Source: Catajapyx aquilonaris
Lineage: Eukaryota
Assembly (NCBI GenBank): GCA_000934665.2
Contig: KZ538088.1
Location: forward strand, 1-64,000
Length of the DNA stretch: 64,000 nt
Reading direction: 5' to 3'
Position 1 is the stretch's first letter, and each line of letters opens with the position of its first letter. Shown here piece after piece: positions 49,061 through 62,640 of the stretch. The position numbers and the translations under genes are program-made. The notes under the pieces were generated by a model. The model was not told the DNA's origin, made no database searches, and saw only the letters and a list, made by a program, of their open reading frames with translations.

Positions 49061-49475
49061 CCTTATGCAACAATACCTAGCAAGTTAAACCATCGCTGTA
49101 AATTCAAGCATCCACCAATTAGCAATTACGCTAATTGGCCACCTCATGTGAGTTCATATCTTATGGTAATTCCGGGATTTTGTGGGATTTGAAAGTAGTC
49201 TTCCAGACAAAAGTAAATGCAATAAAATAATACAGTATTTACAAATATTACTCCGTGTTGAAAACAAAATTTTCCACCATGCATCTGTACGTACATTTCT
49301 AAAGTTCTTTAGAGCCAACATATCGAACAAGGTGGGTGTGTGATTGTAAAATATAAGGCCTATTTTAAGATATATCGAGTTTCGAGTGTACGGAAGGGAA
49401 ATTTTTATAAACAAACACACTTCCTAATGTACTGTATATATGTATCATACCCCTACCTTTACCAGCACCCCAACA

Positions 49476-49504
49476 TACCCGGGCAACGCCGGGTAACCTG
49501 CTAG
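49476..49504 (+). mobile_element. Helitron-type 3' terminus
   Basis: Hairpin TACCCGG-gcaacg-CCGGGTA, short spacer, then CTAG followed by T. The 5' end was not located. Confidence 0.6.
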
Positions 49505-49654
49505 TGGAATATATTACAGCACTCAATTCCTAGAAAAAATTTAAGCAGCATTAAAAACACACGTCAGAATCAGATCGTTTTATTCTTCAAAACAATTTTT
49601 TTAAAACTGTTAATGGAGTACAATGGAAGACTTATTATTCTTCTCAAAAATCTT

Positions 49655-52029
49655 CTACTTGTTACCGAACTTAGCCATCTTGTTGTTGAAGGGAACCTTC
49701 AAAAACTCCTTGGACTGCATGTACTTCTTGATTTTTTCCAAGCTCTCAAAATTGTTAACAAAATCCTTCAAGTTGATCGTTTCTGCCAAGCAATCGGGAA
49801 CCAAAGCCTTATGCTGATCCAACATCTCATACACAATGAAGTCCACAAAGGACAGCTGAAAATATTAATTCATTAGCAAAATTGGAAACGTAACACCCAA
49901 TAAGTGCAACTCACATTGTCACCGGCAAACCACTTCCTCTTTCCAAGATACTCAGACAACTCCTTGAGTTTTGCGGGTAGGGCCTTAATGTAAGCATCCT
50001 TTTCCTTTTCCTAAGTGAAAAAAGTAGTAAGTGACCCATTTGTAATGGGACAATTCAACGTAACTGGAATTCTGACGTACAAAGTTGGGGCTGTAGCACA
50101 GACGAACCCAGGCGTCCCTGAAGTCACCAATCTGGTTCTCCATCACATCCACACGAATGATTTCCTCTTCAGTCTTCCCAGTCAGGCCATGCTTGCGAGC
50201 AATGTAACGCATGATGGCATTGCTCTGGGTGACCTTCGTCTTGCCATCAATGTAGTATGGGAGCTGAAATCAAATAGAGCAAATTGAAAAAATTACTGTA
50301 GAATTCAGGACTTTATATGTCATCAATGTATTGAAAACTCAACAGCACATATTTGTGCATTAAATTACGTGGATTTTATAGTACCGTACTTTATTGTTCT
50401 TTGAATGTAATATCAGGAGGTAATATTCAGCCCACAATATTAAAGCCATTTATACTATTGTGAATTCTTTTTTAGAACATAGTAATTGGTAATGGTACAG
50501 TTCCACATGACAAACTCAGCAAGACACATGCCACTTGGCTGAGGACTGCAGCATTAAAATGATCAAATTCACTTTTGCTCTCCTGCTTCTATTCCTGCAC
50601 CAATATTGCAAGAAAACAAAATGGAGGGAATTCACAGGAATATTTACGCATGCAGTTTACATTTATTCTGCTAACAAGACCTTTTGTGTATCACTTTAGG
50701 TTGTCATTCCTTGTTGAGATCGTGATTGTGACAGACAGTCTAATTCTAGTCAGGTGACACATGAATTGCTAGTGCAGACCTTGGCACCAATAAATTCTGT
50801 CCTTTTTATCCCCACTTACAGCATGTAAAATCTTATTGTGCATTTTAACATTGTCATCAATACATTGTCATTGTAGAATTTTTTAAATTAAGAAAAATGT
50901 TAACACCTTGTACCATTCCTTCATACTACTAATTACTTTTAACACATTTTTCTCAGCAACTGCCCTGATAAGTCTGTTTTTTTTACCGAATTTCTCGTTA
51001 GCTGCCTGTTATGGAGGAAACAAATCATGGTGATTTTTAATGTTCAATGTTTCCACACTTTCAGATGTCACAATATTATAGTCCATTTTGATAGTTTTGT
51101 TAGCAACCAATATGACCAGAATTTATGCAGTAACGTATAACGTAGCAACCACCTATCTGTGCATGTGATGATAACTTCCTGCATTCCAGATACAGTATTG
51201 GGTGCTTGCACAAGTACATTGATAAGAAAATGTGTGCAAAGTCCAGTCATGCTGCTGTTAATGAGTATTTCAGCAATAGGCCCATAAAGCTATCTATGAA
51301 TGACAAATAATACGGTAATAACAAATGCATTTCAAAATGCCATGCTTTTTCTGTAAGCCTGCATTCCAATTACAGGACGATAAACTCCAAACCCAATAAA
51401 ATATTCCTGTGACAAGATGGGAAAGTGCACTGCGGCTAAAAAAGTACATGTGCATTATTTAATCATGAGAACAGCCCACAATCAATCAATCTAATCTAAA
51501 ATGTAGGGAAGGCCTCTTTCCTTGCACTGCAGCTAGTTATTGCCGTTGCACAGTCAAGGCCGAATTCAAAGAGTGATCAAAGAGCATACATAATTATGCT
51601 AAAGGCAGGAAATTGCTAGGTATGACACCACACATATAAAGTCTCACGTTGGGAAAGTCGAGTCCCAGCTTCTCCTTGACCCCAAACCAACAGGTCTTGT
51701 CAAAGTCCGGCGCAGGCCCACACTCGTAGTGCTTGTCAGTAAACTCGGTCCCAGTATAAGACAGCAGCAGGCGGATAGGCTGGGCCAACTGAAACCAAAA
51801 AAACGCAACATCCAGCATCCATCCCCCAAAAAAAACCCAGCAAAGTTCCTTCTTAAAACTGCAGGTCATGTGGGCTAGACCTGGTTGTATGCAACCCCGC
51901 AGTTAACCTTGTGTTGGTACAGCCGGTCATAAAACTGCATCTAGTTAATGCCAAGTTAAACTGTTGTTGTAATAAGTGAGTGCTTATTCTTACCCCCCTG
52001 ATGTTCCAGTAGGCGAGAACAGGTGCCAT
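49655..52029 (-). CDS. Glutathione S-transferase, Mu class (paralogue B), 218 aa (in-frame upstream ATG at 52041 would add MSEK)
   Basis: Exons 52029-51994, 51788-51648, 50263-50081, 50010-49915, 49855-49655. [58 protein letters not shown]. Intron positions identical to paralogue A. Confidence 0.96.
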
Positions 52030-52124
52030 CTTCTCACTCATGTTCTGGATTGCGGATAAGGATGAAGTGCAACCGGCCGGCAGCAGTGACTGATAGGGCG
52101 GAAGAGGCCCGGCGAAGGTCGAAT

Positions 52125-52560
52125 GCGGCGTATATAATCAAGCTGGTTACGTAACGCTCTCGGGGGAGAACCGAGGGAAAAAGGGGCTGACGGTTGGTCG
52201 GGGGGGGAGGTACCTAGAGAATATTATTCCAGCCTCGATGTACTACAAGAGAAATAAAGAGGCCTCCTTTTTGATTCCTTCCTTCCTCGCAGTTTGACGG
52301 GAGTGACGTCACCAAGTGGCCGGCTGGCTGGCGGGTACCTGTTGAGGGCCTGTTGAGGGCAGGGAGGCGGGGTTCTTCTCTAATTATTAGCTGGGATGAG
52401 GGCCGGGGAAAGCGGTTGCCGGCACATTAAAGGCCGGTCATAATAATTATTAACGATGGTTTAAAATCTTTAGAAATATTTGGTTCGCGCGGCCACTTGC
52501 GGAAGTTGGAGGTTGAGAATTTGGACGGGAGATGGCGGGAGTGGTCCTGCGAAATGACTC
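52125..52560. promoter_or_regulatory. CpG-rich promoter region of GST-B, possibly bidirectional with the SWT1-like gene
   Basis: TATA-like TATATA at 52131-52136, GTTACGTAAC at 52146-52155, GTGACGTCAC (CRE) at 52303-52312, GC boxes; lies between divergent genes. Confidence 0.55.
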
Positions 52561-54399
52561 TGCTCGATGTGTGGTCTATGTTGCAGGATTGAAGTCCTTG
52601 TCGTTGGTTCTTATTGTGATAAGACTGATAAATCATGTGAGAGAGCAAAAGATAGGCGTTCAATAAAAATGTGTGATTAGATATCCTGTAAGAGTGCTTT
52701 TCATTTAGCGTATTGCTGAAAGTGATGTTTGGTTGTTGTTGTTGTTTGCAGTATTCCGGATATATCAGACTTCATGAGATCGCGGAAATCAGTTTGCTAC
52801 AGAGGTCTCTAATAGCCAAATCTCTCCTTTTGCAACGAATATAGTATATACACACAATAGAATAAGAATGTGCTGGTAATGAAAAGCAGCACATTTTCCC
52901 ACCAAGCGGCCAAGAAATTGTCTACTATTTATTTAATATTGGAGCCGAGGTGGAGCCGAGGTGCAGTAAAGAAAGAAAGAAAAGGAGTTTGCTACATTTG
53001 GAATAAAAATACACAGGACCTTATAGAACCGAGCTTTCGAGCTTGGCACACTCACACATTTTATGATACGCTTTGGTACAGTATAGTGCTCGAGCTAAGC
53101 ATTGGCATTGTCCATTTCGCAATACAATCTTCAACACTTATTAGGCGACTTGGGCTATTGTAAGAAAATTTAAGAGCAAAATAATATTGCAATAAAACAC
53201 AAAAAGGTATCTCTTATTGCGCGTGTAACTGTGCACCCAGTGTTTATAAAGCACGCGCAAATATAATGTTAATGTTAATGAAATATGGTGAATCAACTTA
53301 CAGCGCTATCGTCCAGCTGTCCAGACATAAGTAGTTGAAATGCATCCTTTCATCCAGATGAGATGACGTCAGCAAATGGTGGCTCCCATTTTAAGACAAT
53401 AGACTTCGCTATTAATTTATTGACTCATTAAAATAAAAATTACGATGTAATTTTCCACTCATATGTTCTCCCTCATATTATTGATTACTGTGAAACCAAC
53501 AAAACCCTGGTTTAATTAGGTAGTAATGACACGGCCATGCCAACACCCAAAGTCCCCAACTCAACCTGGTCTAGCTCTAACTATCTATAGATCTGGTCTG
53601 TTTTTTCGTTGCGTAATAATTATGCATAATAAGAATTGTCCCGCTAAAAATTATAAAAAGTAATAATAATGACAATATGACATAAAGAAAAGGGAGCACG
53701 GTTGCTCGTCACCGAGAACCGGACTGGCTTATGCGTTATGCCAAGGCCTTCCGGTTGGTTAGGTCAAGAGTTAGGTTCGACTGTTGGAGAGTAAATTACC
53801 TAATTATGTCAATGGACGTATTTCTTACCGGTACTGCACAGTAATATAGGAGTTACATACTCATACTTTCATCGGCGAGTAATAATATTAGAATGTTGAA
53901 AATAGGAAACCTGCATCCAAGACATTGTATCGATTATATTTCGATTTATGCAGACCAAAATTGGGGAAATAAGTGGCCTTATAATTGGAATATTGTCCAG
54001 ACATGGTTAGTGCCAACAATTACCTCCTCAGTCTATACGAGAAATCGGAAAACAAACGTCGAAATTATCGCAGTGAATGTTGTAATTTATGTAGTTGTTG
54101 TTAGCCTGAAAACTACCTTGTGCCAATGGGTATTTTTTTTAAATTGTTGTTACTTTGTGATCTATTGGCTTCTTGGAAAATTACTCTCTAACCATGCTTC
54201 ATTTATCCAATAATACTAAATAATACCAAATTATTGCTGTCATTGTTAAATTGTAGTTGCCTAGCACTTTGGCATTGCCATCGGCTCTTTCGGTCCGCAC
54301 GATCTAAATTTTTAGTGACCTCGTGTCCCTCAGAGGGAACCGTCCCCCCCCCNCCCCCCCCCCTTTCGGCCCATGGAAAATTTCCAGTGGTAAAATATC

Positions 54400-57036
54400 A
54401 TGAAAAGGTTATGCAGCAACACATCTTCGACGACCGATAAAATTACAGCGCCTGCAACAGAACCGAGAGCCGAAGAGGAAACCACCAGAACTTGTCCGTG
54501 CTTCACACGGAGTGTCGCTAGCTCATCCGACAGCGGCAGCGACATTGACCTGACACTGCTAGAGGATGACCTGCCACAAGAAGCAGCCAATGAAGAATCA
54601 CCAGAAGATGGGTGTATTGACAAAAGCAGTTTACGCCGATCTGTCAGCTGTGATGCTCTGGTAAGCCACAATTCATAAGATGTCATTAAATGCAAATTGT
54701 CCTGCGCTCATCCGCATATGCAGTGGATATATTCACGAGCTCTAGAGTTTAATATGACGTACTCTGTAAACTTACAGTTTCAAAGGTCGGAGGAAGAAAT
54801 TACATCGGCGTCTGCGCAAGCAGGTGGTGAAAATAGCAACATCCTCTTTGACCTGAGCCCTAAATGGAAATCCGGATTTGATAAGGTTTAGTCCGTATAA
54901 ATTAGGATTATACAAGCATGATTTTATAGCCTACTTGTGTCAACAGCAAGGGACGTGGTCGTTGGCGTCTCTGCTGTACTTCCAACCGGCGGTGACCAAC
55001 TCGAGACTTCTGGTCTACGCTCTATTCGGAGCCGACGACGACGTCCCCACCGAAGAGTCAATCCCTCCGTCCAGATCCCAGTCCCACCAGCTGACCCCTC
55101 GTCTGAGCACATCCTTCTCGACCCCTGACCTCCGCCAGAGCAACAGGCCCAAACCCTCCCTGCTGCCGTCGACCCCGCCTGAACCGGTGTTTCCTTCCTT
55201 GGAAGAGCGTCTTCAGAAGTACGAAGGAGCTCTGGTCGTGGTGGTGGACACGAACATGGCCAGCACGCACCTGATCAACCGACTGGCCCTCCTCAACATA
55301 CCCGGTCGGGGTCGGCCGGTGGTTCTCTTACCTTGGATGACCATCAAGGAACAGGCGGCCCTCGACTGCCTCAGCCCTGGACCACCCAAGTCCACTCAAC
55401 GTCGAGCCAAGTATTTTTACGACCTGATACATCGGAACGACACCATGGTTTTAGGTATACGGCCCGTACGGGGCAATTTGCGGACACGTTGACAATGCTT
55501 TGACATAATTTGGTCAATTTGGCAGCGCAAGAGGCTGTGGATGCGATCAGGGTGGCGCAAGACTTGTTCACCAGCGATGCGGATGACAGGATCTTGGACT
55601 GCTGTTTGCAAGCTCGCAGTACGCATCACACTGTGGTAATGACCATTTGTTTGTTTTTGCAGGGGCGGGGGGCATAAAGCAGTGGCGTAGCGTGGGTGGG
55701 GGGCACCTACGCCACTGGCATAAAGTACGGTAGTCTACATATATAGTGGCCAATTTATTAGACTATAAAATTATACTCTTGCCTAACATCGCAATGGTGT
55801 TAATGACGTCCAGGTGCTGGTGACCGACGACAAGGGGCTTTGTCAGAAGGCCCACGCTCAGGACATAACGACGATATCCAGACGCGATCTGATCCCAGCT
55901 GGGAAGCACATGAACGATCTGACGGACGACGACATCTCCGGGGCCTTTGTTGGGGTGCTGCACGGGGAAGGACCCAGCGGAGTGCAGCAGAGTGACCAGA
56001 GCAGAATGCGTGGAGGATACAGGTTTGCAGTTGTCTGATTTGTATATAACTACGTTATACGCGAATACGCCCATGATTACTAACCGGACTTGCCCCTAGC
56101 CCTTCCGGTACTGTCAACGTGGAGCAGTGCCCGTACGTACCGCAATACCCTCTCCCGCCGAAAACAGCACCGACTTACTGCCAGCAACACCCTGCTCCAC
56201 CGATGATGTGCATGTGCCCGCAGCAACCGGTATCAGAAACGGCACCATCAGCGGTAAGCAACCCGTTGACCGGTACACTGCAGCCGACAGTGTCCCAACT
56301 GTTCCTGGCCACGACGCCCTGCCAGTGCCCCCCGAACGCCATCGTCTGCACCCAGCAGCAGCCGCTGCCGATACGAGACATCCTCCAGTTGCTCTGGGAG
56401 CACATGTACAGCAGCACGTAAGTCGCACTGCATACCATTCGTCATTGTATTGAACACACACGTGTGATTCCCCTGTGCAGTCGTCATATAGCCGAGGTAC
56501 TACAGGTGCCCCTGCAGGATTGGACGGATTTCCGGCGGTTCGTGCGGCCACCCACGTTCACCCAGTGCGTCAATTTCCTGCCGTACTTCGAGGACAATGT
56601 CCGCTGCCTGCTCGCATCCATTGCAGGGTGAGTACCACGATCTCTCGATAGAATACACGTTTCATAAACCAAACCTTACATGCTGCAGTGTCCTCCTGGT
56701 GGACGGTCAGTCGGTGGGGCTGGGTCAGACTGGGACATTCTGGGACGCAGTTCACAACGCCTTCGTCCTGTTCGAGGCTCCGAACCACCCGTCGCCCACA
56801 TTCGACGATCTCTACTCCTTTTGCAGAACCGCGCCTTGCAGGTAATACTGTTCGTAGCAAAAAAGGCGTAAGTGTAGTTACGGCTTTCTTACGTCTGTTG
56901 CAGGCTGTTGTTGGCCAACGGACACGGCCAACTGCAGAGCATGTACACCATCCTTCAATCGTGCCTACGAAGACGCCGAGAGTACCTCCGGATCTGTCAG
57001 GCCTTCCAACCTCTGCCGTACCCTTATCAGTATTGA
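54400..57036 (+). CDS. SWT1-like PIN-domain RNA endoribonuclease (divergent), ~648 aa
   Basis: Exons 54400-54660, 54778-54885, 54947-55454, 55526-55635, 55814-56022, 56100-56417, 56481-56627, 56689-56841, 56904-57036; phase-consistent (1947 nt). PIN motifs VVVVDTN, LLPWMTIKE..LD, DADDRILDCCLQ, VVLVTDDKGLCQKA. The start may lie further upstream. Confidence 0.75.
55680..55717. mobile_element. 38-bp minimal hAT-like element with 11-bp TIRs and 8-bp TSD
   Basis: GCATAAAG|CAGTGGCGTAG...CTACGCCACTG|GCATAAAG. Confidence 0.85.
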
Positions 57037-57683
57037 GGATGCGGTCAGACTGTTTAATCGGGCAAAGAGCATCCTCAGGTCGCTAAAAACACTGGTCGCA
57101 TAGGTCGCATAATTTTTTAATAATTCATATTATGTACACATTTCCTACCAGATTATTTACAACACCACATCATAACAACAATTCTCGGGAGCCAGAAAAA
57201 AATTTCAATGTTCACACCGACAGAAGCAAATACTGATATTTTACATGCAATAAAACGCCACTGATTGCGGGCCCATTTCACCGTACCTCATCTTTTTTTC
57301 TGTTCTTTTTTTTAGCAAGTCACACGCTTCTATGAAATCATGGGACAAAGGTTTGGATACAGGACATATTTTGTTACGGAGTTAAAATTCTGATACAGAA
57401 TAAATGGAAAAAGTGCAGCGTTTGAACTTGGCGTGTGTGTATACATATAGCTTTAAATTTTACAGCTCCTGACTGCATTATCACGTTACCTGTTAACTGT
57501 ATGCAAATAAAACACCGAGTGCTCTAAGACACTGCCGGGTGGACAGGGTTTGAAAGAATTAAATATTTAAATGTCGTTCGCCACTGCCTGCTTCCGACCC
57601 AAAAATCAACAGAATCACCACAATTAACAGGTATTTGCTTAGGAGCTTTCACTCGGGATTGTTAACCAAAAGATCCGACTGGA

Positions 57684-60600
57684 TTAGACCTCGCTTCTCA
57701 TGCAGTGCATCAGGGTGTCGTTGGGCACTTCTTCGTGTCCCAGATCTGGAAATGAACATTTTTTTTAAAATTGTTAGTGTCCAGCAGCAATGTCGCATAG
57801 TACGTATATGTATAGTCCTACAGTTATGTACGTGACCGGAAGTGTGTTGCAATGCGGAGGACGCTTGCACGTACTGAACGTGTACGTACCGGCCGAGTTC
57901 TGCTGAGCCTGGAAGGAGTACGTGAGGTGCAGGTTGATTGGTCTCCTGTAGCTGTCTTGATCCCTTTGCAGCGCCGGAGTCACCGACGATCCTGTCAAAA
58001 AGGTCCCATCATGACGGTGCAGGTCATCATCATCATCATCATCAAAAAGTGTTATAGTGACGGGTCCCTCCAGGTCTGCCCGGCATTGCAGGGCAGCCAA
58101 CATACAGCGCCTATTCAATCAAGAGCAGGGCCGGAAAATTGAATTTGGCTAACAATCAGCTTGGGGAGAGGGGGGGTGAAATCGAATTGCGCAACTGATT
58201 ATGCCTGCAACTGATCAATCAATCGATCCGGGAATCATCAACGCTTGCAACGGAGCATTGTGCGAGGGAAAACGGCAATTTCGGATCTTTTTGGATAGAA
58301 ATGAACCGGGTTTTAGGCACGAGCGACCGTCGCCATTGCGGTTTGCTGCCGACGGGAAAAACACACTCCAGAACAACAACAGAAAAAACTTTTTCGCACT
58401 TGCCTGCTGGGAATTATCAGTATGCAGGGGCAACCCTGCAGTACAGTATTGTAATGAACGTATATAGCCCCGCGGATTGGGATCTGCAGGGAATTACATT
58501 ACCACAAACGACTCTTGTTACACCCGGAAAATCAATGAGCGCCGAAATAACCATTTGCGAACGTTAATTTTGCAATCACTGTATAGTATGCACATCTGTC
58601 ATTTTCCCGAGAGACCATTTTATCAGTCGAAAATCACCCTGGCGAAGATGCCTACTGGACACGCGCCCATATTGTATCCGCAATGTTACTCCTACATCAC
58701 TTGATCAGAAAAGAACTGTGAATATTGGCCGAGAGGCGTGAATGGCTGGAGCGTCGTTCAGTCGCCTTTCCCTATGCCCCCAAAAAAGAGTCCTGTGGGA
58801 GAGCTGAGAGAGTCCTCTGAACACGAGGGGGGGCTCCATTAACCGCAAGTGAGGCGCAAGTAACGCCTTTCCTACGCCGCGGTTTCATATTTGCATGTCG
58901 GCCGTGCGCTTTCCTTTTGACTTCCCGGGGCGGCCATCACGCCTCGATGGACCATCCCCTCTCTAATAATAAAAAACCCCTCTGACCCGATGGGCAATGG
59001 ACCAAAAATGGCACACTTACCAGGACTGTGTCCCTTCAGCTTCCCGCTGTTGAGGTGTTTCTTCTGGCGCGCCCGGGAGTTCTGGAACCAGACCTGGGTG
59101 ACCCTCTTGGAGAGGCCGGTTATTTGGGCAATCCTCTCCAGGTCCTGGCCATCCGGGTTCGAATCCAGCTGGAAGTTGGCCTGCAGGACTTGCAGCTGCT
59201 CCTCTGTGAACGTGGTCCTCACTCTTTTCGTCTTGGACTTGTGCTGGGTCTCACTCTCACCACTCTCTGCAGAAGAATGGGTGGTTCACACGGTCGTTGT
59301 CGCTTGTGGTTGGGATGGACCAATCACAAAGCCAACAGTAGGCGTTGTTCCTCAAAATGGGGTCTAAAAGTAGGCCTGAGCCACCATTTTGAGCAAAGTC
59401 GAATGGCGGTTCAGGTCTACTTTTAGACGCCATTTTGATAATCTAGGCCTGAGATGCCATTGTGATTCGAGTTTTGCTCAAAATGGCGCAATTTTGAGCG
59501 AAAGTCGAATCAAAATGGCGGCTCAGGCCTACTTATCTCAATTGTCCCCAACCCTTCTGTCCCAACGGCACCTCATAAAATGGCAATTACTAAACCGCTG
59601 TGGTTATCCCCTCCCTTCTCGATTGACCTCCATTTACCTCCCTATTAGCGACCCTCATGTCGTGCAAAATAAAATCAAATATGGCCCATGGGACTAGCCG
59701 ACCCTGAATGGGTCCCCAATATTGCCTCCTCACATAGGAGGGTGCGGTATTTTGATTCAAGTTTGGACCCCCCCAAACACACCTCCCCAACTGTCGCCTA
59801 GTTTATTAATTTGATCCACCCAACACCCCCCCCCCCTCTCTTGTTGGCTTTCGGATTGTTTCTGACAATAATCCCAAGCGAGCTTGGCTCTAGGGGAGAG
59901 AGAATTTGCGTCTATCTAAAGTGCAGTTGTATCCATGCTGGGAAGGGAGTGGCTGGCTGGGTAACTCAATTGCGAGGCTGGGAGGGGACTTGGAGCCCAC
60001 AAAGGCAACAGCACCCTTTGCCACACCAAGCCTCTTCAAACTTAGTTACCCACTGCTTCCATCCCCTTCCCCCCCCCCTATACCCCTGCAGACTACTCCT
60101 AGCACCAGCAGAGTTGGTCCCTTCATCTAATTCAGTCAACTTCAACTTGGCGCACCCAGATTTCCGACTTATATACGTCAGCAGTGCTATAATCATTCTT
60201 CCTCAAGTTGAAACTTCTCCAGCATGCCAAACTTCCCTGTTGCATGAATCGATGATATTCTCATGCATAATGTGCTGAGACGTGTAGCCAATCGTGAGGC
60301 CCAGGACATCACCCAAAAATATCGATAAGTATCAAGAACGGCTGTTTGACTAATAAATCGCCGAGAGACAATGTTTGGTCGGTTGTCTGCAAGCAAGGCA
60401 ACTAGTATATGGAGCATGTAGGTACGGTACCGCAGCGGGGCAAATCGAATTTGTTCGTCCTCCCCGAGTTCGATCGGGCGCTCAATGCCGAAGAGGGCCG
60501 CACTGAAAAGGAGCCAAATTGCCGGAAATTCCCTTCATTTGCTTACTGTAGCAGGGATAATTTGCATTGTAGATTGGAACAAATCAATTTTCTGCCGATT

Positions 60601-62640
60601 TCACACCCGGTAAACAGCAGCCGAATGATCTTAACGCAATTACCGCCGGCATGGGACCTAATCCGCTTCGATTTTTCAGACTGACGCCTGAATGGAGTCA
60701 CTCTCTGATGATGCTACCAGGAGACAGTGGGGGGACATTTTGAGGGCAAACCCACATGGGGATGCCTATTCGTCCGGTGGAATCTCGCCCTAAAGAAATT
60801 TTGCCCAATTCGTCCATTTTTTTCGCCCGTAGATCAAAACGTGTTGTCAACATGGTGACAATGCTTACCGTCCGAAGATGTGCTGCCTCCGTCCAATATC
60901 TCCAGGTAATGAGTCTTGCACAGCACCCGGTTGTCGTACAGCGCAAATTCCTCGCCGGTACTAAGTTGTCTCTTGCACGAATCGCAGGCAAAGCAGGCCA
61001 AATGGTACACCTGGTCTCTGGCCCTTCGTACCCAGTCAGTGGCCGAGATGGACCGACTGCATTTGGCACACTTGGCACCAAAAGTCCTGTGGGATGAATA
61101 AGGATCCAGTTAAGGGTTTGGAAAAAAAGGTTGTCCCGCGCTTCTAATAAATTACGTAGATTAATAATCCGGGACAGTGTCCGCATATGGCTCCAAGTTT
61201 TCTGTGGGCTTTGTGGACACGCCTCTCTGTCCTTTCACTCCTGGCGACCGCGGCAGAGTCAATTTTTCAGCCCCTGACAGCCGATGGCTATCTCTTTCAG
61301 CGGGGAAAAACAGCATAGTCTTCCAGCCCTCCTTCTTATCTTTGCACCATCGGCCCCACAAGCGGCTATTTATCACCTTCGCCTCCAATAAGCCCTGCAG
61401 CCTGACTGACTGACTGGTTCCGAGATCTCCCGGAGCTTCATTGTGCCTCCTTACACCATATTCTCTGATCCCCTTTCCCGCCCTCGGTTCCTTTTTTTTT
61501 GTAGTTTTTTAAAGGCACAGCAAACACGTCCGAATGGTCAAGCTGTATCAAGTCACGAGTCATTCAGTTGTGTGTGCTCAACGCTGATCGTGACTTTAAT
61601 TAACGACGCGAGCCAGATCAAAGGTGACAATCGTGACGCCAAATATTGTTGCGAGGCAAAAACAGCAATATGATAATAATGCAAAAAGTGCTCGAAAAAC
61701 CATCGCATTTTGCTATGCCTTCGGTTAGAGAAACACTCGCTTCGAAAAATATAGCTGCTTATGGGACAGGACAGGAAATACGAGAGTTCCTTTTCTTCAG
61801 CATGAGGAACCCCCCATGCAGAAGGTGGCCTTTCGAGGAACATTACCAAGCAAGTTATGAGGGCAGTGTACATGTCATGGGAGGGAAAATCCGGGCTGCC
61901 TCCTTTTGTAAGGCGCAAACTGGATGGACGATGACACCGGGCGAGAAAGGATTGTCACCGAGGCGGTCTGATGATGACTCTGCACCTCTGTTGTCACTTC
62001 ATTTGTCATCCCAGGGGGCCCCCCGCCTCGAAGACTGACGTAGGGCAGCGATAGGCCAAAACCTCGAGGGGATCCTAAAGCGTCTATATTTTTTAAAGCC
62101 CTAGTCATCCTAAGATGTTCACGGATTCCCTCGGGCCAGAAGCGCAATTTTTTGAGCAATTTCATGAGACGGGGTGGTCCACTGACGTAATCAGCTCGTG
62201 CTGTTTATAAGGACGTGGATTGTAAACACCCTTGTCCCCCTTTGTAGGTGGCAGTCAAGTGACAATGGTTGAGCTAGAAAAAGCGTTTCCGCAGCAGGGA
62301 TGTGAGATGCGGGTGTGTGATACACGCGTCCGTCTGTCTCTCGATGGAATTGAATAATGCAAGAAGGATTGGCCCGTCACTCTTTTTGCGACATTGCGTT
62401 CTGATGAAGTGGCCGGAGTTTCACGATTCTACCTTGGGTTTTGTGACATAAGACTCACTTGGCATAGTCGGCCTTGCAGTAGACGTTGTCGTCTTTGATG
62501 AAACAGGAGGGCTGTCTGTCCAGGGCCATCTGGCAGACACAACACCGAAGGCAGCCTGCGTGCCAGCACACGCCGTTCACTTGCAGAAGAAACTTCTCGG
62601 TGATGGACTCGCCACAACACGAGCAAGTCGCGCTTTCGCT
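57684..62640 (-). CDS. Awh: LIM-homeobox transcription factor Arrowhead (Lhx6/8 group); start codon exon not identified
   Basis: Exons 62640-62459 (LIM1 [31 protein letters not shown]), 61086-60869 (LIM2 [29 protein letters not shown]), 59266-59021 (homeodomain [59 protein letters not shown]), 57991-57890 ([10 protein letters not shown]), 57745-57684. The last exon is less certain. Confidence 0.93.
59350..59535. repeat. Complex nested inverted/direct repeat (aggcctgagcc/ctcaaaatggcg units) in an Awh intron
   Basis: aagtaggcctgagccaccattttgagc ... caaaatggcggctcaggcctactt plus internal copies. Confidence 0.7.

Noticed and set aside
58990..59426. Plus-strand ORFs overlapping the Awh homeobox exon (likewise antisense ORFs over MARCH, sws, GST and SWT1-like exons)
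   Set aside because: Antisense shadows of real coding exons.
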